Source of the DNA: Candidatus Moraniibacteriota bacterium
Lineage (GTDB): Bacteria; Patescibacteriota; Minisyncoccia; Moranbacterales; UBA1568
Assembly (NCBI GenBank): GCA_030648835.1
Contig: JAUSGT010000002.1
Location: 373,458-437,457, forward strand
Direction: 5' to 3'
Length of the DNA: 64,000 nt
Both the position numbers and the translations under genes were made by a program. Below are positions 1 to 8,861 of this stretch, piece after piece. Below the pieces are notes generated by a model, which saw only the letters and a list, made by a program, of their open reading frames with translations, was not told the DNA's origin and ran no database searches. Each line of letters starts with the position of its first letter. The first letter of the stretch is position 1.

Positions 1-2
1 CC

Positions 3-2018
3 ATCTACGAGCAAGACTTTAAATATAAGAGGCGCTTTTCTCAGAAAGTTGTGATTCCAAAAATATCTAAGGAATACTCATTATTTTGGAGTAGTGTAGT
101 AGGTAATTACCCTAAAGAGTTTAGGAATATTATTTTAGAGGAATATAAGTCAGCATTAGATATAGAGATTCCAACGTTGAAACCAAAAATTCTCAGTAGT
201 CTTTATAAGAATAACAAACTAACCCCTAGAGCAATCTCACGTTTTGAGCTAGATAATTATTCTTCAGCTGGGCTTTTTACTGACACTATTTTTTTTATGG
301 ATGCCACTAAGGGGTTGGACATAATAGATTTTTGGAACTTAAGAGCTACAGGAAGAAAAGTTGTCCCATTTCCTATCCAGTATTCGAAAGATAAAGAAAT
401 TCAGAAAATTGTTCGTGATTTTATAAATATGTCTTATGGTTCTTTAAAGCACAACCCTAAAATATTCAATCACGCATCTTTTATAAAGAGCCGTAGCCTG
501 GAGATGAAACAGATGGAGCAAGCTGTTAAAAGTTTAAAAGTTAGAAAGAAATCTTCTCCAAAAGGTGGGCTATATTTTTCATTGCAATGGTGGTACCCAA
601 GAATGTGGCAAGAAAATTATGTTGATTCTGATAACGTAATACCTGTCGAGGTTTATAATAGTACTCAGAGCATAGATGTAATAGATGAAGATGGAACAAT
701 CTCTTTGCCACCAGTCTTACCTAAGTTTCTTGGGGAAAATCAATCTCTTTTCAGAAGAAAAGTAGGATATGTAAATGAGATAAACATTACCCCTTATAGT
801 TTTGGTTCAAAAATGATTTCTCAAGTATTTCCAATGGGTAAGGAGAACACTTTAAGAGTTATTGATCCTTTGGGGATGCCTGAACAATGGAGAGTAGGGA
901 AAAAGTCTTTAATAAGAGAAGTCTCTTATCAGCATTCCCAGAGGTGGGCTGTTCCTGATTCTCAAGATATATTTTTTTCTTGGCTTAAGGATCTTGGTTT
1001 TAGCGACCTCAAACTTTCTCCCCCTGGTATTTTAGCTAAACAGATTTTTTTTCAGTTAGATGGTTGGCTTAGGATTTTTGCTATTAATGGCATTCTAGAA
1101 CTTTTTGATTCAATGAGTAGGGGGTCTCATAGTGAAGTTGGTATGGCTGTAGGGGCTGTGAAGTCAAAGATCGAACTAATGGGTCGTGATACACAGTTCT
1201 TGGATTTTTTAAATACAAAGAAGATATTTAAAATTGGTGCTAATATTCAGTGCCCGAAGTGTTTCCGTCATTCTTGGTACAGTCTTAGTGATCTAAAAGA
1301 AGAAACAATTTGTTTGAAGTGTCTTAATTCGTTTCCTACAATTTCAAGTATTAATAATAAATGCTGGTATTATAAAACAGCCGGACCTTTCAGTATAGGA
1401 AATCACGCAGAGGGAGCGTATTCTGTCTTGCTATGCTATGATTTTTTCGTAAATGTTATGCATCTGAAAACTAGCGTTGCGTTTAGTTTTAATTTTGAGA
1501 AAAACGGGGAAAAACTTGAAGCTGATTTGGGCTTGTTATGGCTTGATAGTCTTTTTGACAATGTTTCAAATAATACGTTATTCGCAGAGTGTAAGTCTTA
1601 TAACAATTTTGAACAAGGAGATATAGATAGGATGGCTCTTTTAGTTCAAAATTTTCCTGGGGCTGTAATAGTCTTTTCCACACTTAAAAACGAGCTTACT
1701 GTCAACGAGAAAAAGATGATTAAGAAACTTGCAAAAAAATGTAGGAAGTATCATAAAAATAATCTTCCTATAAATCCGCTGCTTGTGCTTACCTCTAATG
1801 AATTACTTTCATTACATCACCCACCGTATTGTTGGAGGGGGAATAGCAAACTTACAGAGAGAGAAAAAAGTAGTATACACTCTTTGTATGATATATGTAA
1901 TGCGAGCCAAAAAATTTATCTTGATCTACCTTCTTGGTATTCTGAATGGGATGAAGAGTGGAAAAAGAAATCTGCTGTGAGAAAAAAGAAGCTGAATGCA
2001 GAATATGTTTGTGAGTAA
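3..2018 (+). CDS. Large hypothetical protein (at least 655 aa, probably 5'-partial). Contains a C4 zinc ribbon (CPKC...CLKC). Lies in the AT-rich island.
   Basis: Frame-3 ORF is open from position 3; the ORF track start at 51 is a GTG. No upstream stop within the window. CxxC-x17-CxxC motif. No recognisable catalytic motif. Confidence 0.45.
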   Translation: MYEQDFKYKRRFSQKVVIPKISKEYSLFWSSVVGNYPKEFRNIILEEYKSALDIEIPTLKPKILSSLYKNNKLTPRAISRFELDNYSSAGLFTDTIFFMDATKGLDIIDFWNLRATGRKVVPFPIQYSKDKEIQKIVRDFINMSYGSLKHNPKIFNHASFIKSRSLEMKQMEQAVKSLKVRKKSSPKGGLYFSLQWWYPRMWQENYVDSDNVIPVEVYNSTQSIDVIDEDGTISLPPVLPKFLGENQSLFRRKVGYVNEINITPYSFGSKMISQVFPMGKENTLRVIDPLGMPEQWRVGKKSLIREVSYQHSQRWAVPDSQDIFFSWLKDLGFSDLKLSPPGILAKQIFFQLDGWLRIFAINGILELFDSMSRGSHSEVGMAVGAVKSKIELMGRDTQFLDFLNTKKIFKIGANIQCPKCFRHSWYSLSDLKEETICLKCLNSFPTISSINNKCWYYKTAGPFSIGNHAEGAYSVLLCYDFFVNVMHLKTSVAFSFNFEKNGEKLEADLGLLWLDSLFDNVSNNTLFAECKSYNNFEQGDIDRMALLVQNFPGAVIVFSTLKNELTVNEKKMIKKLAKKCRKYHKNNLPINPLLVLTSNELLSLHHPPYCWRGNSKLTEREKSSIHSLYDICNASQKIYLDLPSWYSEWDEEWKKKSAVRKKKLNAEYVCE

Positions 2019-2065
2019 AATCGGGACTCTGATAAAGTAGAGGTATTATTTTTTTACTACTGTTT

Positions 2066-2305
2066 ATGAGTAATCAAGAAAGAATTTATAAGTTATGTTT
2101 TTATTGTGAGCACCCCATTATAGAGAATGACAGATTATCAATTGGCTCTATAACTCATGCAGGACTGAAATATAATATCTCAAAGAGACACAGGGAGAAA
2201 ATAGCCTCAATTACTAATAGCGCAGCTTACGAATCGGATCTTATGCACTTACATTGTTATGATTCCGTTGCGTCAGAATTAGGGTTTGGTAATGGTATGT
2301 ATTGA
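2066..2305 (+). CDS. Small Cys-containing hypothetical protein (79 aa)
   Basis: ORF with CFYC motif. AT-rich island context. Confidence 0.3.
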   Translation: MSNQERIYKLCFYCEHPIIENDRLSIGSITHAGLKYNISKRHREKIASITNSAAYESDLMHLHCYDSVASELGFGNGMY

Positions 2306-2423
2306 AGAGGTTGAGACCACTATGTATATCAAAGGGAATTGTAGTAAATGTCACGAATACGGTAGTCTTGAACCAGACGATTCTTTTCGGAATGGTTTTT
2401 GTGAGGATTTTGATTTATAAAGT

Positions 2424-3230
2424 ATGAAAAAACAATTTACCATATTATCAATTATAGCTTTACTATTTTTGGGGAGCCTTGTTTTCGCTATCCCAACAGT
2501 ATCTTCTGCTGAATGTTGGATTTATGGATCGGCTGCAACGGAGGATTACTTAACGGGAGAGTGTAAATGCAGAGCGGGCTATATTATGAGTGATAGACAC
2601 TGCACAAGTGGGGCTACGGCGTGTCTTCTTAAAAATGGCGGATTTTCAACGTATAATGAATCGAAAGGTTCTTGTGAATGCCTTTTCGGCTATACGCTAG
2701 ATAACACTAATCGATGTGTTAAAAAACAAAATAATGTTTACTTTACATTAGAGGAATTAGATACGGGCAACAAGAAGGCGATAATTAGAAGTAACAGTGA
2801 TTTTAATTACTACTTAGTGATTTATAATACTGGTTGTTATGATCGTTCGTTTGAAAGGTATTTAGGAAAACAGATAGTTATAAATTTAGGAACGGATTAC
2901 TATTTGGATACTTTGGACAAAATAGTGTTACAAGATGACAATGAAACATGTGACATAATAAGTAGAGAAAAAGTTGATTCGAGTACAACTTTAAAAGAAG
3001 AAGGTGTGATAATCAAAAGAAGTTATCCATCAACAGTAGTTCCTGAAATTAAAAGAAAACAGGCTGCCATACCTGATACCAACAACAATCCAACAAAAAA
3101 TTCTTCAGTAGAAACTAATACAAATGAAAGTGGATTTAACCCATTTTTTGTTTTAGTTTTTATAATTCTTAGCGGAGGATTTGTCTGGATAATTTGGAAA
3201 TCAATGAAGAATAACATTGAAAGATTATGA
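2424..3230 (+). CDS. Secreted or surface-anchored Cys-rich protein with EGF-like CxC...C repeats (signal peptide plus C-terminal TM anchor)
   Basis: N-terminal signal peptide MKKQFTILSIIALLFLGSLVFAIPTVSSA. Repeated ECKCRAGY...C and SCECLFGY...C modules. C-terminal hydrophobic helix FFVLVFIILSGGFVWIIW. Stop overlaps the next start (ATGA). Confidence 0.6.
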   Translation: MKKQFTILSIIALLFLGSLVFAIPTVSSAECWIYGSAATEDYLTGECKCRAGYIMSDRHCTSGATACLLKNGGFSTYNESKGSCECLFGYTLDNTNRCVKKQNNVYFTLEELDTGNKKAIIRSNSDFNYYLVIYNTGCYDRSFERYLGKQIVINLGTDYYLDTLDKIVLQDDNETCDIISREKVDSSTTLKEEGVIIKRSYPSTVVPEIKRKQAAIPDTNNNPTKNSSVETNTNESGFNPFFVLVFIILSGGFVWIIWKSMKNNIERL

Positions 3231-4444
3231 AAAATAAAATATTCAGTTTAATCAAAGTTACCTCGCTGGTATTTTTAGTAATATTTATTGCACTAGTTAT
3301 TAATTATGCATTCCAATATTTCTGGATTTCTCCACGCTATTGGGGTGGCACAGTTACGCGATCAAACGAGAAAGTGGCAAATACTACGAAAAACTTTATT
3401 AACCTCTATGGATCTGAAAAATTTGCCGCGCTCAATCCTGCTCAAATCAAAAAAGATTATTCTGCGCTCGGCTATAATCTTTTTCTTGAGATAAGACGAA
3501 GTAATCAGGTTGTCGTACGTACTACCTATGCGATTTCTACTATCTTAGATGACCCAAAGACCCATTATACGATTGATTGTGCAATTCCCGGTGTGGGTGA
3601 AAGCTGCTCTATTTTAATTCTAGAGGATGTTAATTCTAAAGCACGTGATTTTAACGCAAATCATACCAATTGGTTGAAAAACTGGTTTATCGCCCCAAAA
3701 GATAATTTCGAAGATAAATATAATAACATTACATGGCCGTTTTTTGTAGCTTTGAGTAGCTCTTCATTGATTGCGACTATTATTCTTGGTTGGTATTTTT
3801 ATGCTAACAAGAAAAAAAGAATATTTCGGGAAAAAGAAGAAGAAAGTCAGAAACTTGAAGAACATATAATAGAGCTTCATCAGATTTTAAGTAATACAAA
3901 AGAGGAAGCTGAAACGGCGAGAGTTGAACTAGACAGGCTTAATTCAGACACAACAACAAACACACAAGAAAATGAGTCTGAAAAGCAGAGACTGCATGAA
4001 AGGGTTAATGAATTAGAAGCCGAGAAGAAAGAGGTAGATGAGGAGGTATTAGTATTTATTGACATTCGGGCAATAGAGAGAGCTATGCGCAATATAATTC
4101 ACAAAAAACTGTCTCAGAGATACCCCCATGGGAATTATTGGGATGTCGCAATTCCAAATGACATAAGAGAACGACTAAGGGATCGTTTAACTTGGCTTAA
4201 GGAGCAAGACAACAGAAAAAGGATTGATGAAACCTATTTCGGCGAGTGCAGAGATATTATAAGGTACAATTATGGTTTATTTGTGGGTATATTTGGGAGA
4301 AAAGATGACGCAATGTCGTATTTCAGAATACTGATTAATACCAGGAATGCACTAGCTCATGACAGAGAAAACAGTGATTTGAGATATATACCTAACGCCA
4401 TAGAATGGGCAAAAAGAAAACTGGAAATAAACAACGATGCATAG
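3227..4444 (+). CDS. Membrane-anchored (2 TM) coiled-coil protein with a C-terminal DUF4145/HEPN-like domain (Rx4H motif RNALAH). Putative RNase-type effector.
   Basis: TM helices near residues 10-35 and about 165-190. Charged coiled-coil (EEESQKLEEH...ELEAEKKEVDEE). C-terminus IDIRAIERAMRNIIHKKL ... FRILINTRNALAHD matches DUF4145/HEPN signatures. Translationally coupled to the flanking genes. Confidence 0.55.
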   Translation: MKNKIFSLIKVTSLVFLVIFIALVINYAFQYFWISPRYWGGTVTRSNEKVANTTKNFINLYGSEKFAALNPAQIKKDYSALGYNLFLEIRRSNQVVVRTTYAISTILDDPKTHYTIDCAIPGVGESCSILILEDVNSKARDFNANHTNWLKNWFIAPKDNFEDKYNNITWPFFVALSSSSLIATIILGWYFYANKKKRIFREKEEESQKLEEHIIELHQILSNTKEEAETARVELDRLNSDTTTNTQENESEKQRLHERVNELEAEKKEVDEEVLVFIDIRAIERAMRNIIHKKLSQRYPHGNYWDVAIPNDIRERLRDRLTWLKEQDNRKRIDETYFGECRDIIRYNYGLFVGIFGRKDDAMSYFRILINTRNALAHDRENSDLRYIPNAIEWAKRKLEINNDA

Positions 4445-5909
4445 GGAGATACTAACTTTTATGGAAAGTACACTTTTTATTACGCCGAGTAGACCACTTG
4501 ATGAAATAAGCCGGCTTATTGGCAATGGGCTAAAAAAGAACGGCCTTATCGAAAAAGGAAATCCGCGAAGAGCGAATACTCGTTTTAAATTATCTGAGAA
4601 TGATTACTTTGTAGGGTTTTCTTGGTGTTACGAAACTATTCCTGATAGTGTAGTAATCCTTCTGGAAATCTCAAAATACTATGAAGAAGAGGAGAGAAAG
4701 AAGGATACCCCATCTAAGTTAACCAAGCCTGAAATAATCAACTATGCCAAAAGCTTTAAGAAATATATTGAATCTGAACAACTGCCAATATCAGAGGTGA
4801 AAATAAAACAATTTAAATTATCGAAGTCTTTGTCTGTAGAATATGAACTGGGTAATAAAATTGTTTCGCCATCAAAGAGGGGGGCATTGCATAACCCATT
4901 TGAACTTAGAGCGTTGCCGGAATCAATTCGTGTATATTGGCCTGCGGGGTCTCTTAACGAAAGTGATCGGGCGTGTAGAATGCTTGCCGATAGTTTGATA
5001 AGATTCGGCGTTAGGGGGGCAAGAATGTTCCCAGAACTTTATAATAATCAAACGCTACCTTTACCGGATAATGATTCTTTTGAGTGTATAATTATTATTC
5101 CTAATATTGAGGATGAATTAGCAAAGCCACTTATTGTAGAATTAAAGAAACGACCCAGGGGCATACATATATTTGATTTTGATGATAATGGCAATCAATA
5201 CAAATTTGACAATTTGGCCGCTGGTATTTTATATAATAGTGGCAGTGAACTTTGGAGAGTTCATGGTTTGGATCAAAATAACTCCATATATGTTGGTATT
5301 GACTTAGGTCACGACCCCAAACTAAGAAAGTCTAAAATATGTATGACTTTTATTGACAAGAATGGTCGGGAGCTTTCTGAGCATAGGTATATTGCAGAGG
5401 ACTTACCTTTGAATGAAAAACAACAACTGATAGGTATTCTTACTGATAAGTTAGAAAAAATTCAAAAAGAAAATGGATTTGAAAACGTTATTATTCACAA
5501 AGATGGCCGAATTCTGGAAAATCACGATACGCTTTATTACACACTAAAACAAAAATTTGGAAGCGTCTCGCTTATTGAAGTAGTAAAGTCAAATTCAGCC
5601 TTTATTCTAGATCCAGAATCTAAAATGGGTGATATTTTTGATTTTGGAAATTTTATACTTTTACAAACGTTACCATTTAACCACCTTGGGAAATGTACTG
5701 AGCCTATAAAAATTAAGATACTGAAATCCGATTTAGATAGGATGTTTCTTATTGACAATGTATTTAAACTTTCGAAGGCTTTTTGCGGAGATTCATTATA
5801 CGCAGACAAGAAATTACCAATTACAACACATATTGCTGATCGATTCTCATCATTCCAAACAGGTAAGACGTTACAGTCGTTTAATATTGCGAAAAAGTGG
5901 ATAAAATAA
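4437..5909 (+). CDS. Short prokaryotic Argonaute (MID-PIWI, about 480-490 aa). PIWI motifs GIDLGHD, IIHKDGR, IEVVKS and SLYADKK are present.
   Basis: Motif-level match to Argonaute PIWI. GIDLGHD matches the GxDVxH beta-strand that carries the first catalytic Asp. VIIHKDGR matches IHRDGR. SLIEVVKSNSAFIL matches the VEVVKSGN segment. FILLQTLPF...GKCTEP matches FYLxSQ..GTxRP. SLYADKKL matches YYADxxA, which carries the last catalytic residue. A preceding Rossmann-like MID segment (CIIIIPN ... NQYKFDNLAAGILYNSGSELW) is present. An alternative start at 4461 has an AGGGAG RBS. Confidence 0.65.
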   Translation: MHREILTFMESTLFITPSRPLDEISRLIGNGLKKNGLIEKGNPRRANTRFKLSENDYFVGFSWCYETIPDSVVILLEISKYYEEEERKKDTPSKLTKPEIINYAKSFKKYIESEQLPISEVKIKQFKLSKSLSVEYELGNKIVSPSKRGALHNPFELRALPESIRVYWPAGSLNESDRACRMLADSLIRFGVRGARMFPELYNNQTLPLPDNDSFECIIIIPNIEDELAKPLIVELKKRPRGIHIFDFDDNGNQYKFDNLAAGILYNSGSELWRVHGLDQNNSIYVGIDLGHDPKLRKSKICMTFIDKNGRELSEHRYIAEDLPLNEKQQLIGILTDKLEKIQKENGFENVIIHKDGRILENHDTLYYTLKQKFGSVSLIEVVKSNSAFILDPESKMGDIFDFGNFILLQTLPFNHLGKCTEPIKIKILKSDLDRMFLIDNVFKLSKAFCGDSLYADKKLPITTHIADRFSSFQTGKTLQSFNIAKKWIK

Positions 5910-5956
5910 AAATATGAAAAATAAACTTCTCTATTTTGCGGTAAACTTTTAAATAA

Positions 5957-6463
5957 GTGAGACAGAAAAACATGGAAACAAAAGATCCTATTCAAAAAGA
6001 TTCAGGAAAAAAGTGGCCGAAAACACTGCTTAAATATTTGTTTGCCATAATCATCATTTTCGTATTGCTGTTTAGTTTGGTCGGTTCTTACGAAGATCTA
6101 CTTGATGTGTCCTTTTTGGTCTTCGTTCTTGCGGTGATTACCGTTATAGCACTTATAGCCGGGGGTTTGCTGACAGGGTATGAACATGTTAAGCCGATAG
6201 CAGATAAATTTGAGGACGAGAATGTATGGCAGTATATCAGAATGGCGATCATCAGATTATTGATTGGTGGGTTCATAATTTATTGGATGATTGGTGGCGA
6301 GGGATTTCTTAGTCTTGACAGCCTCGAAAATATCGTTCATAATCTTGGGAAATTTTCTCTCTGGATTTTTGCAATATATTTTGTTCTGGCCGGGCTAAAG
6401 AGTCTCTATTGGGTTATTCGAGAAGTAATAAAAAATTTAACGAGTGATGGAGACGAGGATTGA
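5957..6463 (+). CDS. Small 4-TM membrane protein, possibly part of the pAgo module
   Basis: Four hydrophobic helices. Acidic C-terminus. Begins 48 bp downstream of the pAgo gene. Confidence 0.5.
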   Translation: MRQKNMETKDPIQKDSGKKWPKTLLKYLFAIIIIFVLLFSLVGSYEDLLDVSFLVFVLAVITVIALIAGGLLTGYEHVKPIADKFEDENVWQYIRMAIIRLLIGGFIIYWMIGGEGFLSLDSLENIVHNLGKFSLWIFAIYFVLAGLKSLYWVIREVIKNLTSDGDED

Positions 6464-6478
6464 TTTCAAGAGATAAAG

Positions 6479-7420
6479 ATGAACCAGGATAATTTCGTTA
6501 AAATTGAAGGGTGTTTCAGACAAGCTAGAATCACTAGCGAGCTTGCGGATTCTTCGGTTGCAAAATATCGTGATTCAATTAAGAAATTCTTTTCTGTCAT
6601 TGGCAACAAAGATTTTGAATTACTGGTAATCGTTGACTTTGAGAACTTGATTCTAAAAATGCGGGATAATGGTGCGGGTAATTCCAGGATTGCCAACGTA
6701 ATTTCTGCTGTTAAGTGGCTTACTAAAAAACTTCAAGATGGGGGAAAAATACCAAAAACGCTTGATTTAGAGAAGGTAAAAAAACCGAAAATTGAAAGGA
6801 AGGAAGTTGAATATTTGAACGATCAAGAAATAAAAAGGCTCATTGACTGTATTTTAGACGATCTTTCAAAAGGGGAATTCATAAGGAAGGTGAGGATAAT
6901 GGCGCTTGTAGTGTTTTTACTAGAAAGCGGTGCAAGAATTGGCGAAGCCCTTTCAATCAAAATTGAAAAAATTGACTGGGATAACAATGAAATCCCCATT
7001 GTTGGAAAAGGGAAAAAACCGAGAACGTTGTTTTTCAGGGATCGTTCTAAATATTGGTTTCAAAAGTATTTATCCATAAGAAAAAGTGATAGCGAGTTTT
7101 TGTTTGTTACTCTCAGTGGCTTGGCTAAATGGTCACAAACAGACGTAGGGAGATCTTTTAGACGGTATAGGAACTTGTCCGGAATAAAGAAAAAGCTTGT
7201 TTTGCATACACTGAGGCATACTACTGCTACCCAACTATCATTTAAGGGCGCTCAATTTAACGAAATACAAGCCCTTTTGGGTCACGCTCGACTAGAAACC
7301 ACAGTAAAGTATTATATCGGCGCGGCAGGAAAACAGAGGGTCAAGAAAATGATGCAGGATAAATACTATGATTTCATTCCTGAATCAGTGTTGAAAGTTA
7401 ATAAATCAGTGAAGGCATAG
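6479..7420 (+). CDS. Tyrosine-type site-specific recombinase/integrase (XerC/XerD-like)
   Basis: SGARIGEAL (Arg box I). HTLRHTTATQL (HxxR). LLGHARLETTVKYY (catalytic Tyr region). Confidence 0.8.
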   Translation: MNQDNFVKIEGCFRQARITSELADSSVAKYRDSIKKFFSVIGNKDFELLVIVDFENLILKMRDNGAGNSRIANVISAVKWLTKKLQDGGKIPKTLDLEKVKKPKIERKEVEYLNDQEIKRLIDCILDDLSKGEFIRKVRIMALVVFLLESGARIGEALSIKIEKIDWDNNEIPIVGKGKKPRTLFFRDRSKYWFQKYLSIRKSDSEFLFVTLSGLAKWSQTDVGRSFRRYRNLSGIKKKLVLHTLRHTTATQLSFKGAQFNEIQALLGHARLETTVKYYIGAAGKQRVKKMMQDKYYDFIPESVLKVNKSVKA

Positions 7421-7682
7421 TAAATGTCGTCAAAACGTTATTCTTTGGTTTAGCCTCCAAGCTGCCAAATCTGGTCGGGTAGAATACGACAGCGTCCACC
7501 ATAATCTCCAAAGGCTCATCAAAGAGGCTCTTAGGCCTACTAATTGGCGTCTGATGAGCGATGGAGTCACTTATCGCCTTGGGTTTCCTCCAAGGGCGCT
7601 TAAGAGGTGTAGAAGGTGAAGAAGCTCTCCGAAAGCTCGTAGAATTAGAGCAAAAAAAGTTAACTCCTAAAAAGAGGAATTT

Positions 7683-8462
7683 ATGAACGAAAATGCCAAG
7701 GGAAAGATCGAATTTCTTATTCAAGATAACCTACGCGCCATTAAATCGAAACATCCAAAGATCGCGTTGAAGGCAGATCCCAATATTTTAGAACAAGACA
7801 AAAAGAAATCTGCGGAAGAGATCGCGCTTACTCTGCCTTCTCTTCAGAAGCATCTTGATGAATTGTTACCATTTATCCAAAATCTTCGAAAGCATATTCA
7901 GGATATTACTGAACAGACGCATATTTGTGCTGCTTATCTGTTACTTGCTCGTGCTACGCAAGATTGGAAATCGTTACTTTCCTTGGCAGAGAAGGGAGAT
8001 ATCGGCTGTTGGTCATTCATACGTCTAATTAAGGAATCTGTAGCACTCGCAGATCTTTTCGCTTTGGAATCTAGAGGAGATAGTCGTAAGTATATTGAAA
8101 AATGGTTTTCCGGACAGATTATTGGTCATGCAGCCTACAGAGAGGTTCAGACGGAATTCATGCGTCAAGATCCAAGCAACGCAGGTATTGATATAGAAGC
8201 CATGGCCACGGAGCTTTATCAAATGGAGTCTTTGGTAATTCACGCTTCATATAGCACGATGCTAGAGAGCGTAAGTCCATTCACGGAAGATTTTGACTAT
8301 ACAGGCCGTACCCAATATTCTCGTACTAGTAAGGCTTTGGGATATGCTCATGGCACTATGGTAAATATGAATATTGTTCTGAAATCAGTCTATCTTTTCC
8401 TAATCAAAGATAGCAATGCATACGAGGATCTTGATAAGATACTGATTAAATACTCGAGATAG
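7683..8462 (+). CDS. Hypothetical protein (259 aa), first cassette-like unit after the recombinase
   Basis: ORF with an AAGAGGAAT RBS. No recognisable domain. Confidence 0.45.
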   Translation: MNENAKGKIEFLIQDNLRAIKSKHPKIALKADPNILEQDKKKSAEEIALTLPSLQKHLDELLPFIQNLRKHIQDITEQTHICAAYLLLARATQDWKSLLSLAEKGDIGCWSFIRLIKESVALADLFALESRGDSRKYIEKWFSGQIIGHAAYREVQTEFMRQDPSNAGIDIEAMATELYQMESLVIHASYSTMLESVSPFTEDFDYTGRTQYSRTSKALGYAHGTMVNMNIVLKSVYLFLIKDSNAYEDLDKILIKYSR

Positions 8463-8475
8463 ATAGAGACACCAA

Positions 8476-8639
8476 GCTGTCTCATATGGTAAAATAAGAC
8501 AGGGTCTGTCCTGTGTCTCATTTGTCTCGTTTTACCCCCAAAACCGCGACCCGAGAGCCTCAATCCACTCGTCGGCCAAGACCTCCAAGAAATCCCTCAA
8601 CGGCTTGATTTCTCAAAGTTCTAGACCGATGACGCCCGC
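8476..8639. repeat. About 164 bp GC-rich intergenic repeat, copy 1. Contains the hairpin GGTAAAATaAGACA...TGTCTCGTTTTACC.
   Basis: Near-identical to 9891..10054. Its 3' half matches 13986..14080. Confidence 0.85.
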
Positions 8640-8861
8640 AGTGAACGTTAGTGAACGGAGGAGAGGAGGAAGCCAACTGCTTGGCTTCCGTGATGGATGA
8701 GAAAGGCGGAGCGATGTTTCGCGAGTACGCGAAACCGTGAGCCAGGGTCGTGGAAATTTATGAGCGTCGGCGAATAAATTATCCCTGACCGAATCCCTGC
8801 CTCTCTGTAGGCAGGTTTCCCTCTTCGCCAAAATTGAAAATCGGAATCGGAAGCTGAAAAT

